Assembly: GCA_964012875.1 (NCBI GenBank)
Contig: CAXGUU010000001.1
Coordinates: forward strand, 1 to 54,504
Origin: an uncultured bacterium
GTDB taxonomy: Bacteria; Pseudomonadota; Gammaproteobacteria; Ga0077536
Reading direction: 5' to 3'
Length of the DNA: 54,504 bases
Shown here: one piece after another, positions 1 to 8,990 of the stretch
Layout: the number at the start of each line of letters is the position of its first letter
Numbering within the stretch: the stretch's first letter is position 1
Translations under genes and position numbers: made by a program
The notes under the pieces: model-generated
The model's input: only the letters and a program-made list of their open reading frames with translations
What the model was told of the DNA's origin: nothing
Databases searched by the model: none

Positions 1-1
1 G

Positions 2-280
2 TGCGCCTATGCGCTCAGCCAGATGCAGTTTCCCGGCCGCAAGGCGCTGTACATCGCTGCGCACTGTTCGCGCATCGTTGACTGGCCTGTGCCCGACGGT
101 CGTTTATTGTTGCGCGAATTGATTGAACATGCGACTCAGCCACAATTCGTCTACGCGCATCAGTGGCGTGAGGGCGATCTTGTCATTTACGACAATCGTG
201 CGACCATGCATCGTGCGCGTCCGTTTGAAGACACCCGCTATCGGCGCGAACTCCGACGAATCACCTCTCTCGATGTCTGA
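2..280 (+). CDS. TauD/TfdA-family Fe(II)/2-oxoglutarate dioxygenase, C-terminal part (5' end outside window)
   Basis: Open from the window edge in frame 2. The tail ...FVYAHQWREGDLVIYDNRATMHRARPF matches the conserved TauD/TfdA C-terminus. Stop TGA 278-280 overlaps the next start (ATGTCTGA). Confidence 0.75.
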   Translation, partial: CAYALSQMQFPGRKALYIAAHCSRIVDWPVPDGRLLLRELIEHATQPQFVYAHQWREGDLVIYDNRATMHRARPFEDTRYRRELRRITSLDV

Positions 281-1112
281 ATTTCGGACGCAGACACAAC
301 GCCGGATTTGGCTGATCGCCGTACTCCTGGCGGTTTCCTTCGACCTCGCATGGGCTGACGATATGCGCAGCCGCGCGGTTGCATTAGCCGAACATATTGA
401 ACTGTCGCTGCCATCGCGAGAGGGACCGCACCCTTTGGCCGTTCTCATGCCTGGATGCCTGAGCTGGCATCCTCACCATGAATTGTGGCGGACGCAGCTC
501 CTGGAACAAGGTTTCGCCGTGCTGCACGTCGACAGCTTTACCGCAGCCGGCATTACAAGCCCTGCCGCAATGCAGCGAGAGGTGTGTACCGGACGGCGTC
601 TGACGGGAGCGGATCGGGCTGGCGATTTGATTGCTGTCCTGAATGTCATGATCGAGCGTCCGGACATTGATGGCGCCCGCGTACTGGCCTGGGGTTGGTC
701 GCATGGCGCATTTTCTCTATTCGAAACACTGATGCGCCTTGAGGCGGGAATACGGCCGCCAAACCTCGACGATTTGCCGCCGCCTGCAACGTTGAATTTT
801 GAGGCTGTTTTTCTTTACTACCCCTATTGCGGTCCGGGCTCCCTCGATGGTTCCGACGGATACCCGAGTGCAACGTCGACGCTCGTGTTTCATGGCGATC
901 GCGATGTGATTACCAATCCGCGGGCGTGCCGGCGCCGGGCGCAGTTACTTGCTGCAGCCGGCGCGGACATTGAATTCGTTTCGTTGGCCGGGGCCGGGCA
1001 TTGGTTCGACAACCATCAGGCGCCCGCCGCGTATGACGCCAGCGCAGCGGCGCGGGCACGCGCACGGATCGATAGCCTTGTGCACGAACTAAATGGTGGC
1101 GAAGATGATTGA
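273..1112 (+). CDS. Secreted dienelactone-hydrolase-family alpha/beta hydrolase
   Basis: Track ORF 123..1112 trimmed to ATG 273. The N-terminus MSEFRTQTQRRIWLIAVLLAVSFDLAWA looks like a signal peptide. GWSHG nucleophile elbow and C-terminal GAGHWF are present. Confidence 0.7.
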   Translation: MSEFRTQTQRRIWLIAVLLAVSFDLAWADDMRSRAVALAEHIELSLPSREGPHPLAVLMPGCLSWHPHHELWRTQLLEQGFAVLHVDSFTAAGITSPAAMQREVCTGRRLTGADRAGDLIAVLNVMIERPDIDGARVLAWGWSHGAFSLFETLMRLEAGIRPPNLDDLPPPATLNFEAVFLYYPYCGPGSLDGSDGYPSATSTLVFHGDRDVITNPRACRRRAQLLAAAGADIEFVSLAGAGHWFDNHQAPAAYDASAAARARARIDSLVHELNGGEDD

Positions 1113-1464
1113 GGATGTTCGCATCGAAAGCATCAGCGCGATCACGCTCTTTACCGCTGACATGCCCAGCGCCGTCGCTTTTTACGAGGCCCTGGGTTTT
1201 GAGCTCATCTATGGCGGCGCGAACGATCCGTTCAGCAGTTTTCGTGCTGGTTCGAGCTACGTTAACGTCGCCGCTGGCGTTGCACCGGAATCCTTATGGG
1301 GGCGAGTTATCATTTATGTCAGTGATGTGGACGCTATGTACCGCCAGGCGATTGCGGTCGGCTTCAAGCCCGAGTTTGCACCGTCAGACGCGCCCTGGAA
1401 GGAACGCTATTTTCACATCCGTGACCCGGATGGTAATGAACTCAGCTTTGCCAAACCGCTTTAG
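1093..1464 (+). CDS. VOC (glyoxalase/bleomycin-resistance) family protein
   Basis: 123-aa ORF with FYEALGF...HIRDPDGNELSF, typical of the VOC fold. Alternative start at ATG 1105 gives an ATGATTGA overlap with the upstream stop. Confidence 0.8.
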   Translation: MVAKMIEDVRIESISAITLFTADMPSAVAFYEALGFELIYGGANDPFSSFRAGSSYVNVAAGVAPESLWGRVIIYVSDVDAMYRQAIAVGFKPEFAPSDAPWKERYFHIRDPDGNELSFAKPL

Positions 1465-1476
1465 TGCGGCTGACGG

Positions 1477-3093
1477 CTAGCCAGCGGATGCTGCTGCGGC
1501 GGAACCGGTTAATACGAAACCCTCATAGCCTGCTGCGACAACGACTTCGCATTTCTCACGGTAGGGACCTACGCCACCAATGTAGGGCATGAACACGGTT
1601 GGTTTACCCGGCACGTTCGCACCCATGTACCACGAATTAGCCAACGGAAAGAGCGTGCCCTGCGCGATCTCGTTCACGTGCGCGACCCAGGCCTGTTGTG
1701 CCTCGCTCGTCGCTTCGATGGACTGGCAATTGCGATGTTTAAGGTAGTCCAGGCAGTCTGCGATCCAGTCGACGTGCTGCTCGATGGAAATCATCATATT
1801 GCTCATGACCGACGGACTGCCAGGGCCGGTAATTGTGAACAGATTCGGAAAGCCCGCGATCTGTAGTCCAAGATAGGTTTCCGGTCCACTGGCCCAGCAG
1901 TCGCGCAGGCACAGGCCACCTTTACCTCGAATATCAACGTTGCTGATCGCGCCGGTCATCGCATCGAAGCCCGTGGCACACACGATGCTGTCGAACTCGC
2001 GTTCGCCCGCGGATGTGCGAATGCCGCTTTCCGTCACGCATTCGATTGGGGTCTTCTTAAGGTCGACCAGCTCAACATGCGGTTGATTAAAGGTGTCGTA
2101 GTAGCCGCTATCAAGACAGGCCCGCTTGGTGCCGATGGGGAAACTGTCGGGGCACAGCGTCTCTGCCACGTCGGGGTTATCTACGGTCTCCCGAATTTTA
2201 TTGCGAACGAACTCGCAGGCCGTGTCATTGGCGTCTTTGCTCACCAACAAATCGTTGAAGCTTTGCAGAATACCGACCAATGTGCCCTGGTCCCACCCGG
2301 CCTGGAAGCGGCGGTTGCGCTCGCTCTCGTCGACCTCCAGGGCGCTGTCGAGCATCTCCGGATCCGGTACCCCGAAGGACGAATACCGCGAGAGCTGTCG
2401 GTGTTGCTCGTATTTGGCTTTACGGTTCCTGATTTCTTCTCGGTTGAGCGGCCGGTTCAGTGCCGGGAGGCTAAATGCCGGTGTGCGTTGGTACACGGTG
2501 AGGCGCTCGGCCTGGCTGGCAATGATCGGAATGGATTGGATCGCCGACGAGCCGGTACCAATTACGGCCACGCGCTGTCCACTGAAATCGATACCTTCGC
2601 GTGGCCAGTCAGCGCTGTGGTAGCGGGTACCTTTGAATTGCTCAAGGCCCTCGATGTCAATCGGCTTGGGCACAGACAAACAGCCCGTGGCAAAAACCAG
2701 AAACTGGCAATCGCGCGTTTCCCCGTTATCGAGTGTCAAGGTCCATCTCGCCTGTGCTTCGTCATAGCTCGCCGCAGTCACCCGGGTGTTGAAGAGGATG
2801 TCGCGTCGCAAGTCGAAACGATCGGCGACGTGGTTGGCGTAACGCAGGATCTCCGGCTGGGTCGCGTATTTCTCGCTCCATTCCCATTCCTGTTGCAGCG
2901 CGTGATCGAAGGAGTAGGAATAATCCAGGCTTTCAACGTCGCAGCGCGCCCCGGGGTAGCGGTTCCAGTACCATGTGCCGCCGACATTGTCGCCCGCTTC
3001 AATAACCTGCGTTGAAAAACCGGACTGGCGCAGACGATGCAGCATGTACATACCGCCGAATCCTGCGCCAACTACGATTACATCATTGCTCAT
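1477..3093 (-). CDS. Baeyer-Villiger (flavin-containing) monooxygenase
   Basis: 538 aa. N-terminal GAGFGG FAD fold, GGTWYWNRYPGARCD, BVMO fingerprint FKGTRYHSADWP (FxGxxxHxxxWP) and a second GTGSSA Rossmann motif. Confidence 0.9.
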   Translation of the reverse strand: MSNDVIVVGAGFGGMYMLHRLRQSGFSTQVIEAGDNVGGTWYWNRYPGARCDVESLDYSYSFDHALQQEWEWSEKYATQPEILRYANHVADRFDLRRDILFNTRVTAASYDEAQARWTLTLDNGETRDCQFLVFATGCLSVPKPIDIEGLEQFKGTRYHSADWPREGIDFSGQRVAVIGTGSSAIQSIPIIASQAERLTVYQRTPAFSLPALNRPLNREEIRNRKAKYEQHRQLSRYSSFGVPDPEMLDSALEVDESERNRRFQAGWDQGTLVGILQSFNDLLVSKDANDTACEFVRNKIRETVDNPDVAETLCPDSFPIGTKRACLDSGYYDTFNQPHVELVDLKKTPIECVTESGIRTSAGEREFDSIVCATGFDAMTGAISNVDIRGKGGLCLRDCWASGPETYLGLQIAGFPNLFTITGPGSPSVMSNMMISIEQHVDWIADCLDYLKHRNCQSIEATSEAQQAWVAHVNEIAQGTLFPLANSWYMGANVPGKPTVFMPYIGGVGPYREKCEVVVAAGYEGFVLTGSAAAASAG

Positions 3094-3197
3094 CAGTTTT
3101 TTCCCGAGTTACACCAGGTCCATCAAGCTTATCCGATGCACACGGGACCTGGCTGTTGCTGCGTTTTATGCAATTAAGAGGGCGGTATCATAAGTTG

Positions 3198-3941
3198 ATG
3201 CAGAAATGGCGTAAACGAATGAGTTGGGTCTTACTTGCCATCCTGTTAGGACCGCTGTGGGTTGGGGTCACCGGTCCGGTCAGTCTGACGAGTGATTGGC
3301 GGACCGCCAGCCGTGAAAGCATGGGGATCGCGCCCGACCCCGGTCGAACGTCCGAAGCTGTGGTTCAGGTCTATGCCGCGCGCGCGTTTAACTGGCGCGG
3401 GCTTTTTGCGGTTCACACCTGGATTGCGATCAAGGCGCCGCATGCGCGGCGATTTGTAGTGCATCAGGTCCTCGGGTGGAACGCATGGCGCGACCTGTCC
3501 GTTGTGGACGCGCGCGAAGCGGTCCCCGATCGACGCTGGTATGGTGCCGACGCAGAGCTTTTACTCGATCGCCGGGGCGACGATGCCGAAGCGCTTATAC
3601 CGCTGATTGAAGCTGCGATCTCGCGCTACCCTTACAGCCACGAATACCGCCTGTGGCCCGGACCCAATAGCAACACTTTTATTGCCTTTGTCGGCCGCGA
3701 GGTTCCTGAACTTGGCATGCATCTGCCAGTCACCGCCATTGGCAAAGACTACCTGGCAGATGAAAGTATTCTCGGTCGGGCGCCAAGTGGCACCGGGTTC
3801 CAGTTTTCATTACTTGGCGCGTTCGGATTTCTTGCGTCGAAAACGGAAGGGCTGGAACTCAATGTTTTGGGCTTGGTGTTCGGTGTCGATCCATTCGGGT
3901 TCGCCATCAAGTTGCCCGGAATCGGACGGGTCGGCATGTAA
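3198..3941 (+). CDS. DUF3750-like membrane-anchored protein
   Basis: Track ORF 3012..3941 trimmed to ATG 3198 (MQKWRKRMSWVLLAILLGPLW, N-terminal TM segment). Family assignment is from memory of the HTWIAIK...LWPGPNSNTF pattern. Confidence 0.55.
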   Translation: MQKWRKRMSWVLLAILLGPLWVGVTGPVSLTSDWRTASRESMGIAPDPGRTSEAVVQVYAARAFNWRGLFAVHTWIAIKAPHARRFVVHQVLGWNAWRDLSVVDAREAVPDRRWYGADAELLLDRRGDDAEALIPLIEAAISRYPYSHEYRLWPGPNSNTFIAFVGREVPELGMHLPVTAIGKDYLADESILGRAPSGTGFQFSLLGAFGFLASKTEGLELNVLGLVFGVDPFGFAIKLPGIGRVGM

Positions 3942-4199
3942 GCCGGCCGCCCCCGACTCCATGCCGCGACCAGCGGCAGTGCGCCCCTGGCCGATGTCAT
4001 GGTTATGGCCGCTGCGCAGGCCTGCGGCAAACCCATGACCTGGCTTCGCGCATCGACCGCGCATTTCTTTTACCCCTGTCGGAATTAATCGCGACCGCAA
4101 GCTTTGATGTCAATAAGCTCAGCCTCGAGATTCCGGAAACCGCCGCGATTACGCACAGCGACGATACTAGTCAGTTAACCGCCAGCCCGTTTTGGGTTG

Positions 4200-4904
4200 C
4201 TACCAGACTTCGCCAAAGGGCCGGACTTCGACGTTAAACGACCAGGCGGAGCGATCCTGGTGCGCGACATTGAATACCGTTTCAGCGATTCCTGAAGGTT
4301 GAATGAAAAAATCGTCGGGCTTGTCCGGCATCATCTTGCGTGTCCAGTCGAGATCGATGACCGCATCGATGACGACGTAGGCAACGTGCACACCTTTTGG
4401 TCCCAATTCGCGGGCTATGGATTCTGCGAGAATACGCTGCGCGGCCTTGGTCGGAGCGAACGACGCAAAGTTTGCTTTGCCACGTAATGCCGATGTGTTG
4501 CCCGTGGCCATGATGACGCCTTCGCCCGCCTCGATCATTTTCGGCGCCAGTGCCCGCGCGAAATACAACAATCCCATCGCATTGACCTGGAAATGGTGAT
4601 TGAAATCTCTGGGTTCGATTTCCATGAAGTTGCCGAACGTGGCGGCGACTGCGTTGTGAATGAAGACGTTCGGCTGGCCGAGATCACTCGAAATTTGTTC
4701 CACGGTCTGGCTGACAGCGGCCTCGTCGCTGACATCGCACGCGTATCCGGTCGCGCCATCGATTTCTGCTTCCAGTGCGGAAAGCCGTTCGGTGTTGCGC
4801 GCGATCATGGCAACACGGTAGCCAGCGGCGGCGAAGCGCCGCGTCATGGCGGCGCCGGTACCCGGCCCGACACCGGTGATTAGACAGATTTTCTCACTCA
4901 TCAC
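4200..4904 (-). CDS. SDR-family oxidoreductase
   Basis: 234 aa with TGVGPGTG cofactor-binding motif near the N-terminus and classical SDR length. Confidence 0.85.
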   Translation of the reverse strand: MMSEKICLITGVGPGTGAAMTRRFAAAGYRVAMIARNTERLSALEAEIDGATGYACDVSDEAAVSQTVEQISSDLGQPNVFIHNAVAATFGNFMEIEPRDFNHHFQVNAMGLLYFARALAPKMIEAGEGVIMATGNTSALRGKANFASFAPTKAAQRILAESIARELGPKGVHVAYVVIDAVIDLDWTRKMMPDKPDDFFIQPSGIAETVFNVAHQDRSAWSFNVEVRPFGEVW

Positions 4905-5032
4905 TCTTCTCCATCGCCACTGGGACGCAAGGCTGCTATTACAACGCGGCCGGGCCGAACACTCAAACCAATCGAGCCACGACCGCGTTTCCGTCGATTA
5001 CACTTTAGCGGACCTTGCAATCGGAGTACGCG

Positions 5033-6037
5033 ATGGATGCTTATCGGATTATCGGCATAGAGTCTTCGCCCTATGCCGTCAAAGTGCGCGCGGTTATGCG
5101 CTATCGCCATCTGCCGCACCGGTGGATCGCACGAATGCCTCAGTTCTTCACTGAAACTGCTGATGTCCGGCCGCTGATCATGCCGGTCGTGCAATTTCCC
5201 GATGGCACTTACCACACCGACAGCACCCCCATCATCTATCGGCTGGAAGATCTTCATCCTAGTCAGCGCAGTGTCTTGCCAGACATGCCTGCGCTGGCGT
5301 TTGTGGCCGCGCTTATCGAAGACTTCGCCGACGAGTGGGTAACCAAGGCCCTGTTCAACTACCGATTCTCATCGGCGGGTGATCAACAAGCCGGTGCTGC
5401 CTGGGTCATGGATGACGCCCACCCTGACCTGGCGCACGAAGAACTCGCGCACTTTGTGGAGAGTTTTATTGAGCGCCAGGTCAAACGCATGCCGCTGGTT
5501 GGCTGCACGCCGAAAAACACACCGGTGCTTACCGAGTCCTACTTCGCACTGCTTGGCGTGCTTGAGCAGTTCGTTGCGACCGATCGTTTTTTGTTCGGCT
5601 CACGCCCTTCAATTGCCGATTTTGGCCTCTACGCGCAACTCAAAACCATGGCGACGGATCCGACCGCCGGCGAACTGATGCGGGAGCGCGCGCCGCGCCT
5701 GCGCCGCTGGATCGGGCGTACGGATGACATGTCTGGCGTCGACGGGGAGTGGCGTGCTGATGTTTCCTCATTGCCGCCGGCGACCCTTGCCGTGCTTGAA
5801 CTCTGTGGGCGTTATTACCTGCCGTTGCTTGAAGCGAATGCCGCGGCCATGGACGCGGGCGAGGGCGAATTTAGCGTCACGCTCAACGGGCGCGAGTTTC
5901 GCCAGTCGGTATTCCGGTACCACAAAAAATGTTTCGCTTTTCTGCGCAGTCGCTATGACAATTTGTCAGCATCCGAACGGGCAAGCGTGCAGCCGCTGCT
6001 TGAACAGACTCAGTGCGCCGCGTATTTCGCCACCTGA
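5033..6037 (+). CDS. Glutathione S-transferase family protein (long form)
   Basis: Track ORF trimmed to ATG 5033, with GGAG 6 nt upstream. N-terminal thioredoxin-like GST_N pattern (SPYAVKVR...VPVVQFPDG-like) and a C-terminal helical domain. Confidence 0.7.
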   Translation: MDAYRIIGIESSPYAVKVRAVMRYRHLPHRWIARMPQFFTETADVRPLIMPVVQFPDGTYHTDSTPIIYRLEDLHPSQRSVLPDMPALAFVAALIEDFADEWVTKALFNYRFSSAGDQQAGAAWVMDDAHPDLAHEELAHFVESFIERQVKRMPLVGCTPKNTPVLTESYFALLGVLEQFVATDRFLFGSRPSIADFGLYAQLKTMATDPTAGELMRERAPRLRRWIGRTDDMSGVDGEWRADVSSLPPATLAVLELCGRYYLPLLEANAAAMDAGEGEFSVTLNGREFRQSVFRYHKKCFAFLRSRYDNLSASERASVQPLLEQTQCAAYFAT

Positions 6038-6056
6038 TGATCGCCTGTACTCAGGC

Positions 6057-6986
6057 TTAAACCTCGTCGGCGCCAGCGTCACGTCCCGCAGCCACGGTAC
6101 GGCGGTCAAACGAGATGGTCTTGATTAACGCATAGACGCTCGAACCCTCGCTAATCGCAAGTTGCGCCAGCGCTTCACGCGTGATTCGTGCGCGCAGACG
6201 CCCACCACCGATATCGACCAGCGTTTCCGCGAAAGCGGTATCCGTTTCCGGGGCGATTTGCGCAACCGTGCCTTTCAGAACATTGCGGATGCTGATGCCC
6301 TCCGGCTTGCGTGTTGCCAGCGCGACATCACGAGCCCGAATTCTGACGCGAACCATCTAACCCGCAGATGGATCAATTTCGGGGATAGAGATTTGTTGAC
6401 CGTCGACGTCCAGATTGGTGAGCTTGTAGCCGCGGTTGTGGCCAACGATAGTGGCGCTCAGTACAACGCCGGCCTCAAACCGTCCGGTTCCGGGATAGAG
6501 GGCGAGGCGCTCAAGAATGTCCTGCACCCGACGTTCGGCGATCTTCCGACCGGCAGAAATGACGACCATTTGATCAGCGAGCCGGATGACCTCCGCAAGG
6601 CCATGGCTGACGTAAACAATGGGTAAAGCTATCGATTCTCGTAGCACTTCAAAGTAGGGCAGAATTTCTTCTTTTGCTCTGCGATCGAGCGGAGACACGG
6701 GCTCGTCCATCAGCAGCACCCGCGGCGCTGAAAACAGGGCGCGGCCGATGGCCACGCGTTGCCGTTCATCTCCGGAAAGCGCTTTAAAGGACCGTTCGAG
6801 CAGGCCCTGAAAATTGAGTAACTCGATGATTTGCGCTTCGTGATCAAGCTCTATGCCGTTGCCGCGGCAGGCGCCGAAGTGCAGGTTCCGCAGAACAGAA
6901 AGGTGATTGAACAAACTGGTGTTCCGGAAGACGTAGCCGACTTCGCGACGATGGGGTGGCACGAAACAACCGGTCGCATCGTCATG
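6057..6986 (-). pseudogene. modC: Molybdate ABC transporter ATPase modC remnant: lacks the Walker A region and has an in-frame TAG before the TOBE domain
   Basis: Track ORFs 6357..6962 and 6057..6356 are in the same frame, separated only by TAG 6359-6357. The sequence ...DDATGCFVPPHRREVGYVF...LSGDERQRVAIGRAL...LLMDEP... then VRVRIRARDVALA...SIRNVLKG follows the E. coli ModC order from about residue 50 onward. No P-loop is present, and TAG 6989-6987 closes the frame upstream. Confidence 0.8.
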
Positions 6987-7134
6987 CTAGGAACACGTCG
7001 AATGGCGCGCCGGCGTATATCTGCGCGTACAGCGCACCGGTTGAAGCGAACAGCAGTCGCGTACTGAGAGCCGTCTCGCGTTCGAACGTCCGGGTCAGGC
7101 TTTTTGCGCAGGTATTGAAGTTCGCCCCCGCATT
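6982..7134 (-). pseudogene. modA: modA (periplasmic molybdate-binding protein) internal fragment, about 50 codons
   Basis: My hand translation of the - strand from 7134 gives NAGANFNTCAKSLTRTFERETALSTRLLFASTGALYAQIYAGAPFDVFLA*. This aligns with E. coli ModA ...FAAASLTNAMQDIATQFKKEKGVDVVSSFASSGTLARQIEAGAPADLFISAD. It has no start or signal peptide and abuts the modC remnant. Confidence 0.6.
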
Positions 7135-7461
7135 TCATTGTGCGCCTGGTGCGCTGTAGTCGATATCCTTTGCGACCGTCATTGCCGCGACCGCATCGTC
7201 CATCGATATCAGTGGTGTGACTAGCGTATTGCCGACACCGCCTGCGACATCGGCCAAAGCAACCGCCAATGCCGCAACGTCACTCTCAAGTTCGACCAGG
7301 ATAACTGCATCCCATTCACCGAAAGTGAAATAGAAATCGATCAGGCTGCCGCCCAGTTTTTCCATGATGAGGCTCGCCTGCGGTTTGCGATCCTGTGGCT
7401 TGCGAACGAGACCGCCGGCGCTGTCGGCATTGTACTTAATCTGAATCATGTATCGGCGCAC
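7135..7461 (-). CDS. GYD-domain protein
   Basis: 108 aa with FTFGEWDAVILVE (the GxYD-type core). GTG start at 7461 is preceded by GGAGA with a 7-nt spacer. Confidence 0.7.
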   Translation of the reverse strand: MRRYMIQIKYNADSAGGLVRKPQDRKPQASLIMEKLGGSLIDFYFTFGEWDAVILVELESDVAALAVALADVAGGVGNTLVTPLISMDDAVAAMTVAKDIDYSAPGAQ

Positions 7462-7640
7462 TGTTAATTCTCCGGGATTTTTCGATATGGCGCGTTGGGT
7501 TGATCGCCATTACGCGCGTGCTTGCATTTCAGTATATAGATTCATCCCGACCCGGCGCCTGGATGCTCGCGTACGCAGGTTGCGTTCGCCAGTGTTGGCA
7601 GCCCATCATAGTGTCATCCGTTTATTAAGGAGTGGATGGA

Positions 7641-8510
7641 ATGAATATCGGATTTTTTGGAATCGGGCCCGGGCCTGCCGCGGACCCTGACGTCATCAAG
7701 GTTATCGCCACGACTTGCGAGGACTGCGGTTACTACTCACTGTGGGCGCCCGAGCACATTGTGTTGTTGGATAAATACTCATCGAAGTATCCCTATACCC
7801 AGGACGGTGTGATGCCCTTTCCAACGATGGAAATTGACCTGCTTGACCCGTTCCTGGCGTTGACTTTCGCCGCGGCAGTGACGAAGAGGATCCGACTTGG
7901 TACCGGCATCTGCCTCGTCCCTGAACGTCATCCGCTTACGACAGCCAAGGAAGTTGCGAGCCTCGACAAGCTCAGTGGCGGCCGGTTCGATTTCGGCGTT
8001 GGTATCGGTTGGTTGAAAGAGGAGTTCGACGCGCTTGGTATCTCTTGGCCGAGACGCGCGCAACGCACCCGGGATTACCTCGCAGCCATGCTGTCATTGT
8101 GGACCGAAAGCGTGAGCGCGCACAGTGGCGAGTTCTGCAGTTTCGAACCTGTTCGCTCATTCCCGAAGCCGGTTCAGGATCCGCATCCGCCAATCATATT
8201 CGGCGGCGAAAGCGAACCGGCATTGCGGCGTGTAGGGGAGATTGGCAACGGCTGGTGGGGGGTGAACGTCACGGTTGAGGCGGCGAAGGATCATTTGCAG
8301 ACCATTGCGAGGTTCGCCGAAGAGGCCGGTCGCGATCCCAAGGACCTGACCCACGCTGTGTCGCCCGGGATTGGTGTCCCGGTAACTAAGGCCGAGGTCG
8401 AACAATACGCCGAACTCGGAGTCGATCAGGTGATTGTCGGCGCGTTTGCGGAAAGCGCGGACGAATACCGTTCAATTATCGAGCAAACGGCTGAGGAGCT
8501 CATCGCGTAA
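7641..8510 (+). CDS. Luciferase-like (LLM) flavin/F420-dependent oxidoreductase
   Basis: Trimmed to ATG 7641, with AAGGAG 8 nt upstream. Contains SLWAPEH...LGTGICLVPERHP...GVGIGWLKEEF, typical of the LLM TIM barrel. Confidence 0.85.
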   Translation: MNIGFFGIGPGPAADPDVIKVIATTCEDCGYYSLWAPEHIVLLDKYSSKYPYTQDGVMPFPTMEIDLLDPFLALTFAAAVTKRIRLGTGICLVPERHPLTTAKEVASLDKLSGGRFDFGVGIGWLKEEFDALGISWPRRAQRTRDYLAAMLSLWTESVSAHSGEFCSFEPVRSFPKPVQDPHPPIIFGGESEPALRRVGEIGNGWWGVNVTVEAAKDHLQTIARFAEEAGRDPKDLTHAVSPGIGVPVTKAEVEQYAELGVDQVIVGAFAESADEYRSIIEQTAEELIA

Positions 8511-8520
8511 TGGAGACCGA

Positions 8521-8547
8521 TGCTGGTGCGCGACACGCGCACCAGCA
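8521..8547. terminator. Perfect 12-bp stem / 3-nt loop hairpin 10 nt after the LLM stop
   Basis: TGCTGGTGCGCG-aca-CGCGCACCAGCA. No T-tract follows, so intrinsic-terminator function is uncertain. Confidence 0.4.
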
Positions 8548-8660
8548 CCGCTTCGTCGAGCGCTTAAACGAGCCTGGTTCCACAGCGCCACCTGACACAA
8601 CTTAGTGGGTTTCGCTGATCACGGCGCTCAAGATCAAGCGGAAAGCGCAACGCATTAGCC

Positions 8661-8765
8661 TGTTTTTAATGAAAAAATTATTTAGAAAGCACTAATGGTT
8701 ATGAGAAATTTATAATTATTTTCATGCATAGGCCATTATTACGTCCAAATGAGATAGAACGTTCA
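8661..8765. other. AT-rich island (about 26% G+C by hand count) in a 480-bp convergent intergenic region
   Basis: tgtttttaatgaaaaaattatttagaaagcactaatggttatgagaaatttataattattttcatgcata... contrasts sharply with the flanking GC-rich DNA. No ORF longer than 10 codons lies inside it. Confidence 0.6.
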
Positions 8766-8990
8766 TGCCACAGGAACAGCGCCTGAACTCGGAGTACCCA
8801 AGGACATCTGAAGATCGTAGACCGTTTCCGACCAGTATGATTCGCGGCTATTGCGAATATGAGGGGCCAGAACACCGCTCGAGCATCGAGCGGCGCCGCC
8901 CACGCGCGACGTTGGCACCATCAATGGGACCGGTACCGACCATCAAAACGCCGCGTTAGGCTGCGGTTTCGAGCTGACATTCGTTTCGGA

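Noticed and set aside
2077-3015. Long antisense or alternative-frame ORFs throughout the track. Examples are 2077..3015 +, 11214..11888 -, 11290..12105 -, 20607..21269 -, 25391..25966 -, 25970..26647 -, 37597..38286 -, 38464..39045 -, 39853..40509 - and 51439..52461 +.
   Set aside because: Each lies wholly or largely within, or opposite, a gene with clear family motifs. Their translations are R/P/A/G-rich and low-complexity, as expected for shadow ORFs in GC-rich DNA. None shows a recognisable domain.
6357-6359. In-frame TAG in modC as pyrrolysine or programmed read-through
   Set aside because: The gene is already missing its Walker A region and sits in a deletion scar. No Pyl context is expected in this kind of organism.
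8765-8959. 64-aa ORF in the long convergent gap
   Set aside because: It is R/P/S-rich and low-complexity, with no SD and no family resemblance. It is probably non-coding, and the gap is reported as an anomaly instead.
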